Below, piece by piece: positions 41,156-52,655 of a stretch of DNA of 64,000 nt. Positions within the stretch are counted from its first letter, which is position 1. Each line of letters opens with the position of its first letter. Both the position numbers and the translations under genes were made by a program. Origin of the DNA: Takakia lepidozioides. Taxonomy: Eukaryota > Plantae > Bryophyta. The stretch lies in assembly GCA_030704615.1 (NCBI GenBank), contig CM060732.1:49848001-49912000 (forward strand), read 5' to 3'. A model generated the notes under the pieces. That model made no database searches and was not told the origin of the DNA. It saw only the letters and a program-made list of their open reading frames with translations.

Positions 41156-42180
41156 CTAGGTTTTACTGTCATATTTCACTGTCAGAACCTGGCATCTGGA
41201 TTCGACTGCTTGACTGAAACGACTTGACTTTTGTCACGCATGTTCGACTATGGAGGCTGGGAGTAAAAATGTCGCAAACGACTCAAAAATGAGTCAAATA
41301 CAGAGTCGAAAAGCCCAGCTTGTATTGTAGTGAAATCGTCGACGTCGATGTTCTCAAAAGACTTGAGAAGAAGACAAGATTCAGGAGGGTTCAGCAAACA
41401 CTTCAAAACCGTATCATCAATCAGCAGAGTGTTACTCTAATTGTAAAAACCTTCAGAACTCTGCCATACTTTAAGGAGTGGTTTCAAGAACACATGAGGT
41501 TGATCTTGTCCCGTTCGGTAATTTGGGTGCAGATTGCTTGGGCAAATGATACAATCCTCCTGCGACACGATGAACGCTAGCCGTGGAAGACCACGTAGGA
41601 GCAAATCCAGAATGGCATTTAAGTTTTTAAGCACCATGCAGCTCCAGATACCTAAAATGAAGTGCTTGTGTAACTCTTGCCAAACTTCCCGGTACATCTT
41701 CCGTCTAAAAATTTGCCGATACCCAACAATAGTAGGAATGTTGTAATCAGATTCCGAAAAACGTGGAGCAGGTCCTGGGCTCTGGCGCTTTGTTATTTTG
41801 CATAACACTCCATTAACGTCAAAAAAATATCAAACGGGGTCCCCTCATAGATGGAGATCCAGGCTGTCGGATCTATGAAGGAGTGATAAAGACACTTAAG
41901 TAAATCAAGAAAAGAAGAATCCCATGAACACATAAGGAACTCAATGACCTCAGAATCCCAATTCATTCTCAAAACTAGTCACTTTAATATCTCATGCTCC
42001 ACTTCCAGGGCCTCTAGATACTTTAGATGTGCATCCCATTCCTCCTTGTTCTTAGGCCATGGAAAATCCCAGCGATTAATGAATTTCACTCTAGCATCCT
42101 GAAAGTAGATATCCTTAGGTATTCCAAAAGGGTTCTGCTCATTGAAGGCCCAAGTGTCAATTTTTTAATGCCTCAACTTC

Positions 42181-42396
42181 TCATAGGTGGGGCTTCAGAT
42201 GACCCATCAAAAAATCATCCTTGTATGGATCTACAAGTGCTTCGTATTTAGGTAGGAAGATGTCCAGGCTCAGAGAATTGAGGAAAGACTTGTACATGTT
42301 CCCAACGACGTCGATAAGCAGGGTGTTAGACATGTAGGCTTTAGAGTCGGGGTCTACAAACAAGTCGTAAAGTCGTTTGAAGTAGATTGGGGCCAA
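42181..42396 (-). pseudogene. C-terminal half of a second FCP1-like HAD phosphatase (split by inversion)
   Basis: PIYFKRL...SNTLLIDV..NMYKSFLN....IF. The N-terminal half is at 46340-46671 on the + strand. Confidence 0.6.
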
Positions 42397-43750
42397 CGAG
42401 CCAAGAGGTTTAGGTGGGAGGGGACACACCTGCTCCGAATATGGGAGGATGGTCGAGTGAGGATTGTGCCTCACCCAACACAGCGGGCACGGTTAGTGCG
42501 GCATGCCCATGAGGAGTTGGGGCATTTTGGGGTGCGACGCACTCATAGTCTACTGCAGGGGCAGTATTGGTGGCGTGGTATGCACACAGAGGTGCAACAA
42601 TTTGTGGCTAGGTGCATGGTGTGTGATAGGGTGTGTGCTTCATTCAAACGCCCCTACTCCACAATTGCACCCTCTTCCGATCATGGGATTGGGCTACAGG
42701 TGGAGTCTTGACTTCGCAGGGCCATTGCCACTGACCATGCGCCACAACAAGTATGTGTTGGTGATGGTGGAGCACTTCTCCAAGTGGATTGAGTTGGTTC
42801 CATTGCCTGATAAGGCTAGTGAGGGAGCTGCGTATGCATTCTTGGATTGTGTGCTTAGCCGATTCGGTGCTCCAGCTGAGGTACTCACGGACCAAGGGAG
42901 AGAGTTCTTGGGGGAGTTTCAGGCTTTGTGTGACAAGGCCTTGATAGACCACCGCACCACTTCTCGGGATCATCCTGAGGCTGATGGCTTGGCAGATAGA
43001 GTTGTTCAGACAGTAAAGAGAGGTTTGCGCAAGTATGGCTTGCAGAAAGGACACCTAGGAGATTGGGACCTTCAGTTACCCTGGTTAGCCATGGGCTATA
43101 GGTTCAGCAAGCAAGCATCACTTGCCTCCTTTTCACCTTACTTTCTTCTCTTCGGCCGAGAGCCGGATTTGCCTACATCCATTCGCAGAGAAGCTGCTAC
43201 AGTTCTTAACCTTGACGATCCGGACGTGTGGGCACGTGCATGTGAGCAGCGTGCAGAGTTGTTCAAGAGAGTCATGCCCATGGCTTTCGAGAACCTTGCC
43301 ATTGCACAACACCGTGATACGTTGAGGTATGCTACCATACGTGGTGGGGGCTATCGTCCTGGGGTTCGGAGATTCAACCCTGGTGACTATGTCTATCTAC
43401 AGCAGACTACTTCTACGACCCTGGATGTGACTGCATGACGTGTTATTTTGAGGGTTCGAGAGGTCTTGCCCTCAGGCGTCTTGGTCTTGGAGGGTCGGGA
43501 TGGCATAACTTGGAAGGACCATGTGCGTAATTGTGCGCCATGTCACCTTCCGAATGTCGATGGCAGGATTGACCCAAACCTAGCAGTGGTATCTGCAGGT
43601 TTGAGGTGCATGTTGTGTGGGTCTGCTAAAGGAGCAGCCACCATGCTGGTGTGTGATCGATGCTCTAGAGGTTGGCATATGGGATGCTTGACTCCACCTC
43701 TTGAGATGGTTCCGGATGGGGATTGGTTATGTCCACATTGCATTGGATAG
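42397..43750 (+). mobile_element. Gypsy integrase (HHCC + DDE core) fused to a C-terminal PHD finger
   Basis: HEELGHFG...CMVC, WSLDF, VLTDQG, ADGLADR (third acidic residue reads D), SPYFLLFGR. One frameshift at ~42645 and an in-frame TGA at 43436. Then C4HC3 CMLC...CDRCSRGWHMGC...WLCPHC. Confidence 0.92.
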
Positions 43751-43998
43751 TGGGAGTGGATACAACCATGGAAGGCTAACAAGAAACGCAAGGCCCAGCT
43801 ACTAGGAGACCTTGAACACACGAGGTCCTGGCTCAAGTTACAGATTGCAAGACGGCGACTAATGATGGGGCTACTCTTGTACCCAGCCTCTTGGTCTATA
43901 GAGTTTGAGTGCAATAGGGGCAGTGATAGAGGACTTAGTACGGCTGTGGCTATCACATCTTGTAGCTATCTGGAGGTAGAGGGACCTACCCACCAGCT

Positions 43999-44009
43999 AG
44001 GGGGGCGAT
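43999..44009 (+). other. Polypurine tract
   Basis: AGGGGGGCGAT immediately 5' of TGTGG at 44010. Confidence 0.6.
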
Positions 44010-44538
44010 TGTGGCAGACTACTTTATTGTGCATATATGTGTGGTATGGTTTGGACAGCGATGTAGTTGTGTAGCGATACGTATGCGCACGACAGCTGTC
44101 AAGTTAAATAAGCACAGTGTGAAAACGACTAGAATAAAGCTAGTTATTTGTACTTAACACTTGGATTTAGGTCAAGTGTTAAGTCAGGTGTCAAGTTTAG
44201 TTTGACACCTGAACCGTCTTATCTTCACGAGAGCGGCAGTCGCGCAGCTCATCTCTCTCGAGTTGAGCCTGCGCGACCGAGCTCCTGCATCGTTTAGGAC
44301 TGAGTGTGCTCATGATGGGAGTGTAGGTTGTTGTGGGGTGGAGTCCCCACAGCTTGGGGTGCCCCTGGCTCGACTTCTGTTTTAAAGAGTGATAGCGATG
44401 GATTTCATATTTCTTGTGTTGGGAGTGTGTGTCCTTTTAGCTTTTCTTATCATTGTGACATACTACTTTATTGTGCATATATGTGTGGTGTGGTTTGGAC
44501 AGCGATGTAGTTGTGTAGCGATACGTATGCGCACGACA
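44010..44538 (+). repeat. 3' terminal repeat block: A (44010-44094) - GC - B (44097-44452) - T - A' (44454-44538)
   Basis: A and A' are 85-bp direct repeats with 3 mismatches. B is the reverse complement of 55701-56056, identical by eye over 356 bp. A-gc-B reads TG...CA. Confidence 0.92.
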
Positions 44539-44960
44539 TCTTCTTGACGCAGAGGTCCTCTTCCAATCTGGTTTCGTACATAAGGTTTGGTGAGGGGCGA
44601 GACAAGTATATTCTGCTTCAGGGGTTGTATCTTCCTGGAGAGTTCGACAATCCTTACATGAGCCGGCCAAAGTCATTTTCAAGGCCACTCATGTGCCTTG
44701 ATTACGTATTTCCTGCTACAGCTGCCCAGATTGAGAACCACGAGGAGCACCTGCAGGGAGTGCTGATGTTCAGCCCCATTTAAACCAGTGATTAAGGCTC
44801 CGGACACTGAGCTCACGAAACACGAGAAAGATTGTGCCGCTTATGAACACGAATTGCGGGCAGAGTCGAACGACTACATTGCGTCCTTGTTCTGTGGCGA
44901 AGGGATGACGGCTGTCAACGTTTTTGGAGGCGTAATGTTAACATCGGCTCTCTACGTAAG
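44539..44960 (+). pseudogene. C-terminal part of the host-transposon gene interrupted at 56057 (amino-methyltransferase motif-I-like end)
   Basis: Removing one TCTT copy fuses ...NAFVF (56057, minus) to FLTQRSSS... in frame. Downstream sequence reads ELRAESNDYIASLFCGEGMTAVNVFGG. Confidence 0.55.
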
Positions 44961-46339
44961 CAATTTCATTTCCATTTCCAATTCGATTTCCATTTCCGAA
45001 ACACATCTTTGGAACCTCGCGCGATCACGCGTTCATTCTATTTACTCAATGGTTGGCATCTTTTGTAGGCTATGAACGTCCGAGTCATCACAACCTGAAA
45101 AAAAAAATTTGCGCGATTAAGGTTGCCGCTAACTACACACTCATCCACACGGAGAATGAGGACGGAACCGAGGTTGGTGATGACACATTGGGAGGGCAGG
45201 GAGACCCACAGGCACAATGGCGAAGGAAATGACGACGACGATGACGATGAAGATGACGGACAAAGAGATTTGGAGACAGAGCAAAACCAGGAAGAAGGTG
45301 ACGGAAACGAAACGTTGGACAAAAATGAAGAACTTGAGGGAGGTGAGGAAGACAAGGGCGACTACCAACACGATGATGTCGTCAACAATTTCTTGCAAGA
45401 GGAGACAGAATAAATTGAGCAAGGCAGAATTCCACCAGCTGATCAAGCAGGGAGGGTAGTACTAGAAGAAAGCCACCATCCACAGGCCCAGACAAATATC
45501 GGTGAATGAGACAATCCCGAGACAACTGTGCTGTCTTCCTCCACTGAAGAAGTGGAGGGAGACAATGTAAAGGATAACGCTGATTCTAGAGACATCTTCG
45601 ATAAGGAGATTTCAGAAATAGACTCAGAGGTGGGATTCAGTCCTGTGGAGGGGGATATGCCATTACGGATATCACCATATCAAGGTTTAAGCCAACGAGT
45701 TAGAGACATCGTTGATGGTCAGGCATCTAGGGCATTGGTCGGCAATCAAAACTCTGTTGACGTGAGTATTGCAGATTATGAGCTGTCCTGACACTTGTAA
45801 AACCCAATTTATAGCAAACTTGATATAACACCAGAATCTTTTACCAATGGAACTAATAACCTATTGCTCTGTGATAGTCTCGTAAATCAATCGAAATATA
45901 TACGGAAGTCTAATCACCCGCATTTTCTGTAGATCCGTGAGTCCAATACGGAGGAAGTGACACATACCAGAACAAACGACACACAACAGCGTACAATGAA
46001 GAAACAATACGACTTGAGAGTGAGAATATTGTCGCCCAAGGTAGTAGCTTCAGAAACCGCGAGCGATCGTGCGAGGTTACTTATGAGACGGGTCGACAAA
46101 AACATACCGAACGGCGAAAGACCCATCGCCGGGGGAATTGGCGGCGAAACCTCATCCGGCTTGGAGCAAGTGCCGCCAAAGCTGGTACTTCATTCTCCGC
46201 CTTCTGTTTTCTTTTCTGCATTCCATTGCGAAAAACTTCCAATGAATTAATAATTATTTCATAATGGGCAAGATGATATGATCTATCCACCACACAACTA
46301 TTCCCAAATTATCAATCCCGCGGATTTCTTTGCTCTTCC

Positions 46340-46671
46340 AATGGGTCCAAATAGATGTCAGCCCGGATATTATGTCCTGGTTTTGGATGTCGGGTTTTAT
46401 GTGAGGTCTACCTCCAGAATGGGCCAAAAACCCCTCCCGCAACGCAGCCTTATATCTCCACTGAAAGATTTAAGTTAGCAATGCGACATGAGGTGTGAGA
46501 CTTCCTCAAATGGGTCGTTAAGAAGTTTTGGGTCATCTTATAGAACACTAGCAAATAAGAGACTGCCGTGGATTTCAAATCAGCCTTGTTCGGGATGAAC
46601 GCCCACAACGTCAAGCATTACAGTTCCGACCAATGTGTGGAACATAGACTTACTTTCAACACATATTGGCC
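46340..46671 (+). pseudogene. N-terminal half of the second FCP1-like phosphatase
   Basis: YVLVLDV.GFLC...MRHEV*DFLKWVVKKFWVIL*NTS, read across a frameshift and stops. Confidence 0.55.
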
Positions 46672-48388
46672 ATCCCTCTCCTTGGCAGTCACAGTGGCTG
46701 CCGTGTCTCCACTGCAGAGGTAGTCCAACACAACTGAATCCTCATGTATATCTTTGGCGCCACCCTGCTCATTGCTGGCCTCAGGGTCCTCAGACACTTG
46801 ATCTACAGTCATCCCTGTTGTAGGTCCAACCTGGCCTTCCGCTGCCAAGATACACAGAAATGCAGATGCATGCCATCCGGGCACCATCTCCTCGTCCGTC
46901 TCACCATGCCACCGAGCTCCAGTGTCATCCTGCTGGCTCGTGCATGGATTGCGACTCAACCCATCTGCATTGCAATTGACCAAACCCGGTCGATGCACCA
47001 CCTGAAAGTCATACTCTTGAAGGATGAGTGCCCACCGTGCAAGCTTCCCCGTAAGTTTGTCTGACTCCATCAACCACTTGAGTGGTTGGTGATCCATGAC
47101 AAGGGTGAAGAGATTGCCGTATAGATAGCACCTGAAGTGTGCCACGGCCCACACTGCAGCTAAGCATTCTCCCTCATATGAGCTATACTTAGACTCTGCA
47201 GCATTGTTCGAGCGGCTAGCATAAGCCACTACGAACTCTCTTCCCTCATCATCCACCTGTGTGAGCACCGCTCCAAGCCCCAGCATGCTCCAATCTGTAT
47301 GCAGCTGAAAAGGACGCCCCCTGATAGGTCGTCTCAACATGGGCGCCGAGGTCAACCTCGCCTTGAGCTCTTGAAAAGCTTGTTCTTGCTCATCTTCCCA
47401 CTGCCACTCCTTGTCCACCTTGGTCAGCTTGGTTAGAGCCTTTGCAATGGCACTAAATCCCTTAACAAACCGTCTGTAATAGTTTGCTAACCCCATGAAA
47501 GCTCGAACTCGGCTCACATCCGTGGGGCGTGGAACCTGTGCAATGGACTCTACCTTAGTCTGCTGTATCCCCAATCCTCTAGGATATATCATGTGACCTA
47601 GATACTCAATCTGGTTGTGGAAAAACTTGCATTTTCCCGGATGTAACTTCAATCCGTGCGCCCTCAAGCGCTCAAATACCCCCTGAAGGTGTCTCTCATG
47701 CTCCTCCACCGTAGCACTAAAGATGATGATGTCATCTATGTAGCACCGAGCAAACTCCACCCCTGCTAGAATCTTGTCCATGACTCTTTGAAACTCAGCG
47801 GGAGCGTTTTTAAGCCCAAATGGTAAGAACCGCCACTGGTATAGGCAACTTATCCGCCTCCTTGATCGGCAACTGGTGATATCCGGATCGTAAATCCAAC
47901 GTGCTAAAGACCTTGGAATGCCCAATGGCATCAAAGATCTCCTCTGGTGTCGGCATGGCATACCTATCGGACTTGGTCTGACGATTTACAGGCCGGTAAT
48001 CACCGCACATACGTCTCTCCGTCCAATTGCCATAGACATCCTTCTTGGCCTGCATCACTGTGGCTGAAACATACTCTCCACCAGAGAGCTCCACCAAACC
48101 TGTCTCCCAGAGATCTTGAGTCCTCATCTGAATCAAAGACCTCTCCATGTCACTGTATCTATAGGGTCTCCGAAAGATTGGCGTGTCAGTGGCCAACTCA
48201 ATACGGATCTCTTGACCCTTCAGTGCTCCCAAGTCCTTCAAATTGAAGGCAAAGCAATTCCTGTAAGCCCTCAGGAACCGCCGTATACGTCGTCTCTCTC
48301 CTCCGGTGACAATGGGTCCAATGTGAGGCTCCCAATTGTCCTCCGTAACTGCAACCTTAAGTCCAGTGGGCTTAGAGGTAGAGGACAC
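46666..48388 (-). mobile_element. Gypsy reverse transcriptase and RNase H
   Basis: RMCGDYRPVN, FSTLDLRSGYHQL, LPFGLKNAPAEFQ, YIDD (~47731-47743), YLGH, LHTDWS..GLGAVL, YASR, DHQPL, ADGLSR. One deletion/frameshift at ~47845. Confidence 0.95.
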
Positions 48389-48587
48389 GTCCCGTGGTTG
48401 CTATGCTGCAACCTCTTGAGCAGTACTCCCTTCTTGCTCAGTCAATGACAAGGCCTCATCCTGCCCCATCATCTCATCATTGAGAACCTCCTCATCCCGA
48501 GAAGAATCCCCAACCTCATCCATCACAGCTGCCTTGGCTGCCAACTCCCTCTGAACCTCGAGCACCTCCCACGTGTGTCATGGATGT

Positions 48588-49709
48588 CTACACCCCGTGG
48601 TCCTCACTCGCTGCCTGTACCATCTCGGCAGGCAGAGAGACCATGAAGGGGAGTGCACTCCGCACTCTACGTTGCTCAGCCATAGCCAAGCTGATAATCC
48701 AGGTCAAGCAATTGAGATCCATTGCTTGCCCCAACACCTGACGTCGTGATGCCTCAGAAAAAGAAGGCACCGCCGTGGTCCCAGTGGAAAACCCCATAGC
48801 CCGTTCTCGCTCGTTGGCATTAGGCTCCACTAACTGCTGCAATTGAGCATCCCACAGAAGGCCAGGTCCACCATCCCGAAAAGCATGGAATCCTGGGAAG
48901 CTGAGCAGTGTAGGTAATGCTGCTCGTGGTTGACCCACCCTGTTGACCACTGCCAAAGGCAAACGGTCATCGTGTCTCACACGTTTAGACTGCCTCCCCG
49001 TGTCCAAAATGCCATCCACGGTGAGGTGTGCTGGCCGCTGCACCCCATCAAATGCACGCTTGAGTAGTGCGGGTGGCATCAAATTAATCCACCAAAGCCG
49101 TGGACGATGAGCCCGTGACCCCACTGCAGCTGCATCCAGCAACACTGCTAACCCAAGCCACGATCGGACTTGATGCACACTGGCCATCACCCTGGCCCGA
49201 GAATCACCCATCAGTGGCACATTCTCCAAGATGTATGTTGGAGATACAGCTTGATGAAGCTGCAAGTAGCGCAAAATCCGCACCATCTCCCAAAACAGAC
49301 CCGTCCTCGAGTCTCGCAATCCATTGCCATGCCCGGCTGATGAATGCCCTTGGCAGGGCCAACCTGCCACTACCAGATCAATGGAGCCAACCTGCTCCAA
49401 ATCCTGCGCCCCCAACAAAGAAATGTCTGCTGGCAAGGCTTGTTGGTATCCACGAACTGCAAACACTGGCAACAAGTCAGGGTATTGCTGTACCAACTGA
49501 GCAACATGGCACAGTGAGACGCGTCGTGCAGTCTCATCCCTCTCCACATACAGGTAACGTCGAACTCGTACACCTGCCTGCAACACTGCAGCCAATCCAG
49601 TGCTGATCCCGCCAAACAAGTCCAGAAGGCATATGCCTTCATCCGGGCACTGCCACACAAGAGGTGTGGTGTCCAATGGCGACAACTGGGGTGGTCCTGG
49701 TGCAATCAC
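48588..49709 (-). CDS. DNMT3-like C5 cytosine DNA methyltransferase domain inside the retrotransposon polyprotein
   Basis: Uninterrupted 373-codon frame with motif I DLFGGISTG, II YVERD, IV GWPCQ (catalytic Cys), VI ENV, VIII SRAHRPRLWW, IX ERERAMGF and X RRQVLGQAM. In frame with gag-PR, separated by one TGA. Confidence 0.92.
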   Translation of the reverse strand: MIAPGPPQLSPLDTTPLVWQCPDEGICLLDLFGGISTGLAAVLQAGVRVRRYLYVERDETARRVSLCHVAQLVQQYPDLLPVFAVRGYQQALPADISLLGAQDLEQVGSIDLVVAGWPCQGHSSAGHGNGLRDSRTGLFWEMVRILRYLQLHQAVSPTYILENVPLMGDSRARVMASVHQVRSWLGLAVLLDAAAVGSRAHRPRLWWINLMPPALLKRAFDGVQRPAHLTVDGILDTGRQSKRVRHDDRLPLAVVNRVGQPRAALPTLLSFPGFHAFRDGGPGLLWDAQLQQLVEPNANERERAMGFSTGTTAVPSFSEASRRQVLGQAMDLNCLTWIISLAMAEQRRVRSALPFMVSLPAEMVQAASEDHGV

Positions 49710-49724
49710 CGCACTCTCCTCCTC

Positions 49725-52136
49725 TCATGACGGTACGAAAGTAATGGCCAACTGATGTCGTGTCATGCCCCGAGCCTGCTCTGATCCTCCCAGAGATGTC
49801 TGTATCTGGAAAGGACAAGGCTCCATATCCGCCTCCATGAGGCCCAAACCTGCAATAGCAGCTCTGCCCAACATCAGTGGCTGAGCTCCCGAGTCCAACA
49901 AGACCCGCAGTGGCCGGTACTTCTTGCCTGCCGGTCCACTCAAAGTGAAAATGTCTCCCTGGTTGTCTAACAAGACAACTCCATGTATCACCATGGCGCG
50001 CTCAAAGGCTGGCCTAGCTGGCAGCTCCGTCAACCTGGCAGCTGCAGCTTGCCATGGCGCAGCCATGGCAGTCTTGACCCTCAAATCCGAGGATCCCTCT
50101 GCCACTATACCTTCCACTAACTCCGCAGAAGATGAAGTGACCTCCTCACTCTCACAGAGTGTTGCTGCTAGTCTTAACACTGCAGCTGGTCTTACCCCCG
50201 ACGTCGCAATCATGGTTGCTGAGAACAGTGGGGCTTGACACACAGAGGTGGCTGCCCCCAACAACACACCGGCTGCACTAGCCTTGGCAGCAGGTGTCAG
50301 TGCTGCACGTGTAGCTCTCCCCAATGGCATAGTAACCTCCGCCTCGGTAACAGTCGGGCGAGAACTAGGTGCCATGGATGGCGTCGACACTATCTCCGCC
50401 AATGTGAATGACTGAGGAAGCCTCGCCTGACGGCTTGCCTCCCCAAGTTGTGGATCCAACTCCACCTCTGCACCTCGTGGCTCAGGAACTCGTGCTGCTC
50501 CTCGAGTCACGGCTGCAGCAGACTCCACCTGCTCTAGTGGTAGTGCTACTCCGCACATAAATCCCATGCCTCCCATATCTCCTCCCTCAGGAGCAGGAGG
50601 TGGACCATCCCGCCTGGGAGCCGGTACCGCCTGAGCTGTAGCCATGGCAGCGAGCCTCTGCTCTAGCTGCTGAAGCCGGTTGGCCATGCCTTGGTCAACA
50701 CCCTGACCTCCGCGTCCTTGGCCATGTTGAGCTTGCCCTTGGCCTGCACCTCGTGCCCGACCACCTCGTCCTCTCTGGGCTGGTCCACCTCGCCCCCGGC
50801 CACCATTGTTCCCTTGGAACTGGCCTGGGTGCAACTCAGGATGCAAGTCATAACACTGGGCATCTCCATGCCCATACTTGCCACAATGCCCACACTGCAA
50901 CTGTGCAGGCTGTACTTGTGTCGGCCTTTTGCCACTCTCTGGGCAATCTCTTTTGACATGGGGTCCTCCACATGTCCAACATATCACCCATGGTTGCTGT
51001 TGGCCTGCAAAAGATGCCACGGGCCTCTGCCCCTGAGGTCCCCTGTAAGCTCCATGGAACTTGGGCTGGGCAACCTTGCCCCCCTGACCACGCTGTTGGG
51101 CAGTACCTTGTGCCTGTGGGCTGGCAGCTGCGCCTTGTGCAAGCATGTCCTTGCCAAATCCAATGGTAACAACTCGCTCCTCCACCATGTTGAGCTCAAT
51201 CCGCTCAACCAGCAGAAACACATCTGCTAATGTGGGTTGGGCTGCTTGTAACAGGGTTGCATCTCGCACCCTTCTCTTGAGCTCCTTGTCCAGAATTCCA
51301 TACCAAAACTGGATTGCCTGAGCTTCAGTAACCCCTTGGGTCACACTTATCAAGCGCCTCATACGAGTGTACGCCTCTCGCAGGCTCTCACTGGGTTTGC
51401 GCTGGAAGTCTTGCAAACTTTGCAGCTTCTCTGTCCGTACACCTTGGTAGTTCCTCCGCAACTCCTGGAAGAACTCCACCACCGGGTTGAATCTAGGCAC
51501 ATGTGTTGTAGTCGTGGCAGGAGGAGTAGTAGCACCTTTTGAACTGGTACCACCTGCAGAAGTACCGGCACTACTTGCTCCACTACTAGTGCTGGCAGTG
51601 GGAGATATTGGTACTGATGCAGCTACTGGTCGCGTCGTACCTCGAGTAATGGAGACGTAGTTAGGTGACCAATACATCCTCCACTCCTCAATCTCTACTT
51701 CATGTCCTCGCCTGAACTCGTGGTAATCGTCCATAGGCGGGCCTTCCAAATGCTGGAACAGTCCCTTCCACGCCATGAATGGGGTGAATAGCTGTGGATT
51801 GCGCATCTGCTGCAAATCACACCAGCTGTCGAACTCCTAGATAAAGTCATCCAACTCGATTGTGCCCACAGCTCCAGAGTACCTACGAGGCCCCTTGGTA
51901 GCTCCATACATCTCCTCCATATCGTCCCACAACAATGGCGAATGAAACTGCACACCTGTTGATGAAGCCTCCGAGTCTGTGTTTGACTCTGCACTAGTTG
52001 AGGGTGGAGGTGAAGGTGGTCTGAAACGAACACCTCGTCTGGTGAACCCACTCTCACTGCTACTGCCTATAGCCGTACTCCCCTCAAAACCCTTGGGTAA
52101 CTCCGTGATGACACTCACAATGTGCACCTCCCCCAC
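49725..52136 (-). mobile_element. Gypsy gag (two CCHC knuckles) + aspartic protease
   Basis: Gag QRKPSESLREAY; CWTCGGPHVKRDC and CGHCGKYGHGDAQC; LLDSGA. In-frame TAG at 51837-51839. The protease C-terminal half appears deleted. Confidence 0.9.
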
Positions 52137-52655
52137 GTGACACTATAGGGCTCTAGTACTAATTCTAATAGTGACACGGGTGGGCACCTGTTGCAGTTTA
52201 AGGGTCATATCCCAATGGCTCAGGGCACCTGCACCTGCATCCACCGCAAGAACTCCTATGGTTGGCTGGTCATCAACCCAGCCTCACCATAGAAGAAACG
52301 CTGGTGGTCTTGCTGGTCATCACTCCAGCCTCACCACCAACAGCATACTCTAGGATTGACCGGTGATCAAATCCGGCCTAATCCCTATGAAAGCAAGCGC
52401 CCACACAAAACCAACATGGCGTACAGTCAAGCATGCAGGTGTTGGGGGGGATCCAAACACAAGAAATCAAAACATCAACACCCCCATACCAAAATCCATC
52501 TGCAGTGTTGACCTGCAGAATATCCCAGCCCAAGACCCCGGACTGACTGGCCTCCACCAAGAGAGGCTTTGGCAACTACAAGTACAAGGTAATGAAAATA
52601 GTACAGAGATGGAGGGGAAGAATAGAAGCCCGACCCAGCAAGATCTAATCCTGAT

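Noticed and set aside
48588-49709. Bacterial restriction-modification methylase or contamination
   Set aside because: It is in frame within gag-pol, has no partner nuclease, and is surrounded by spliceosomal plant genes.
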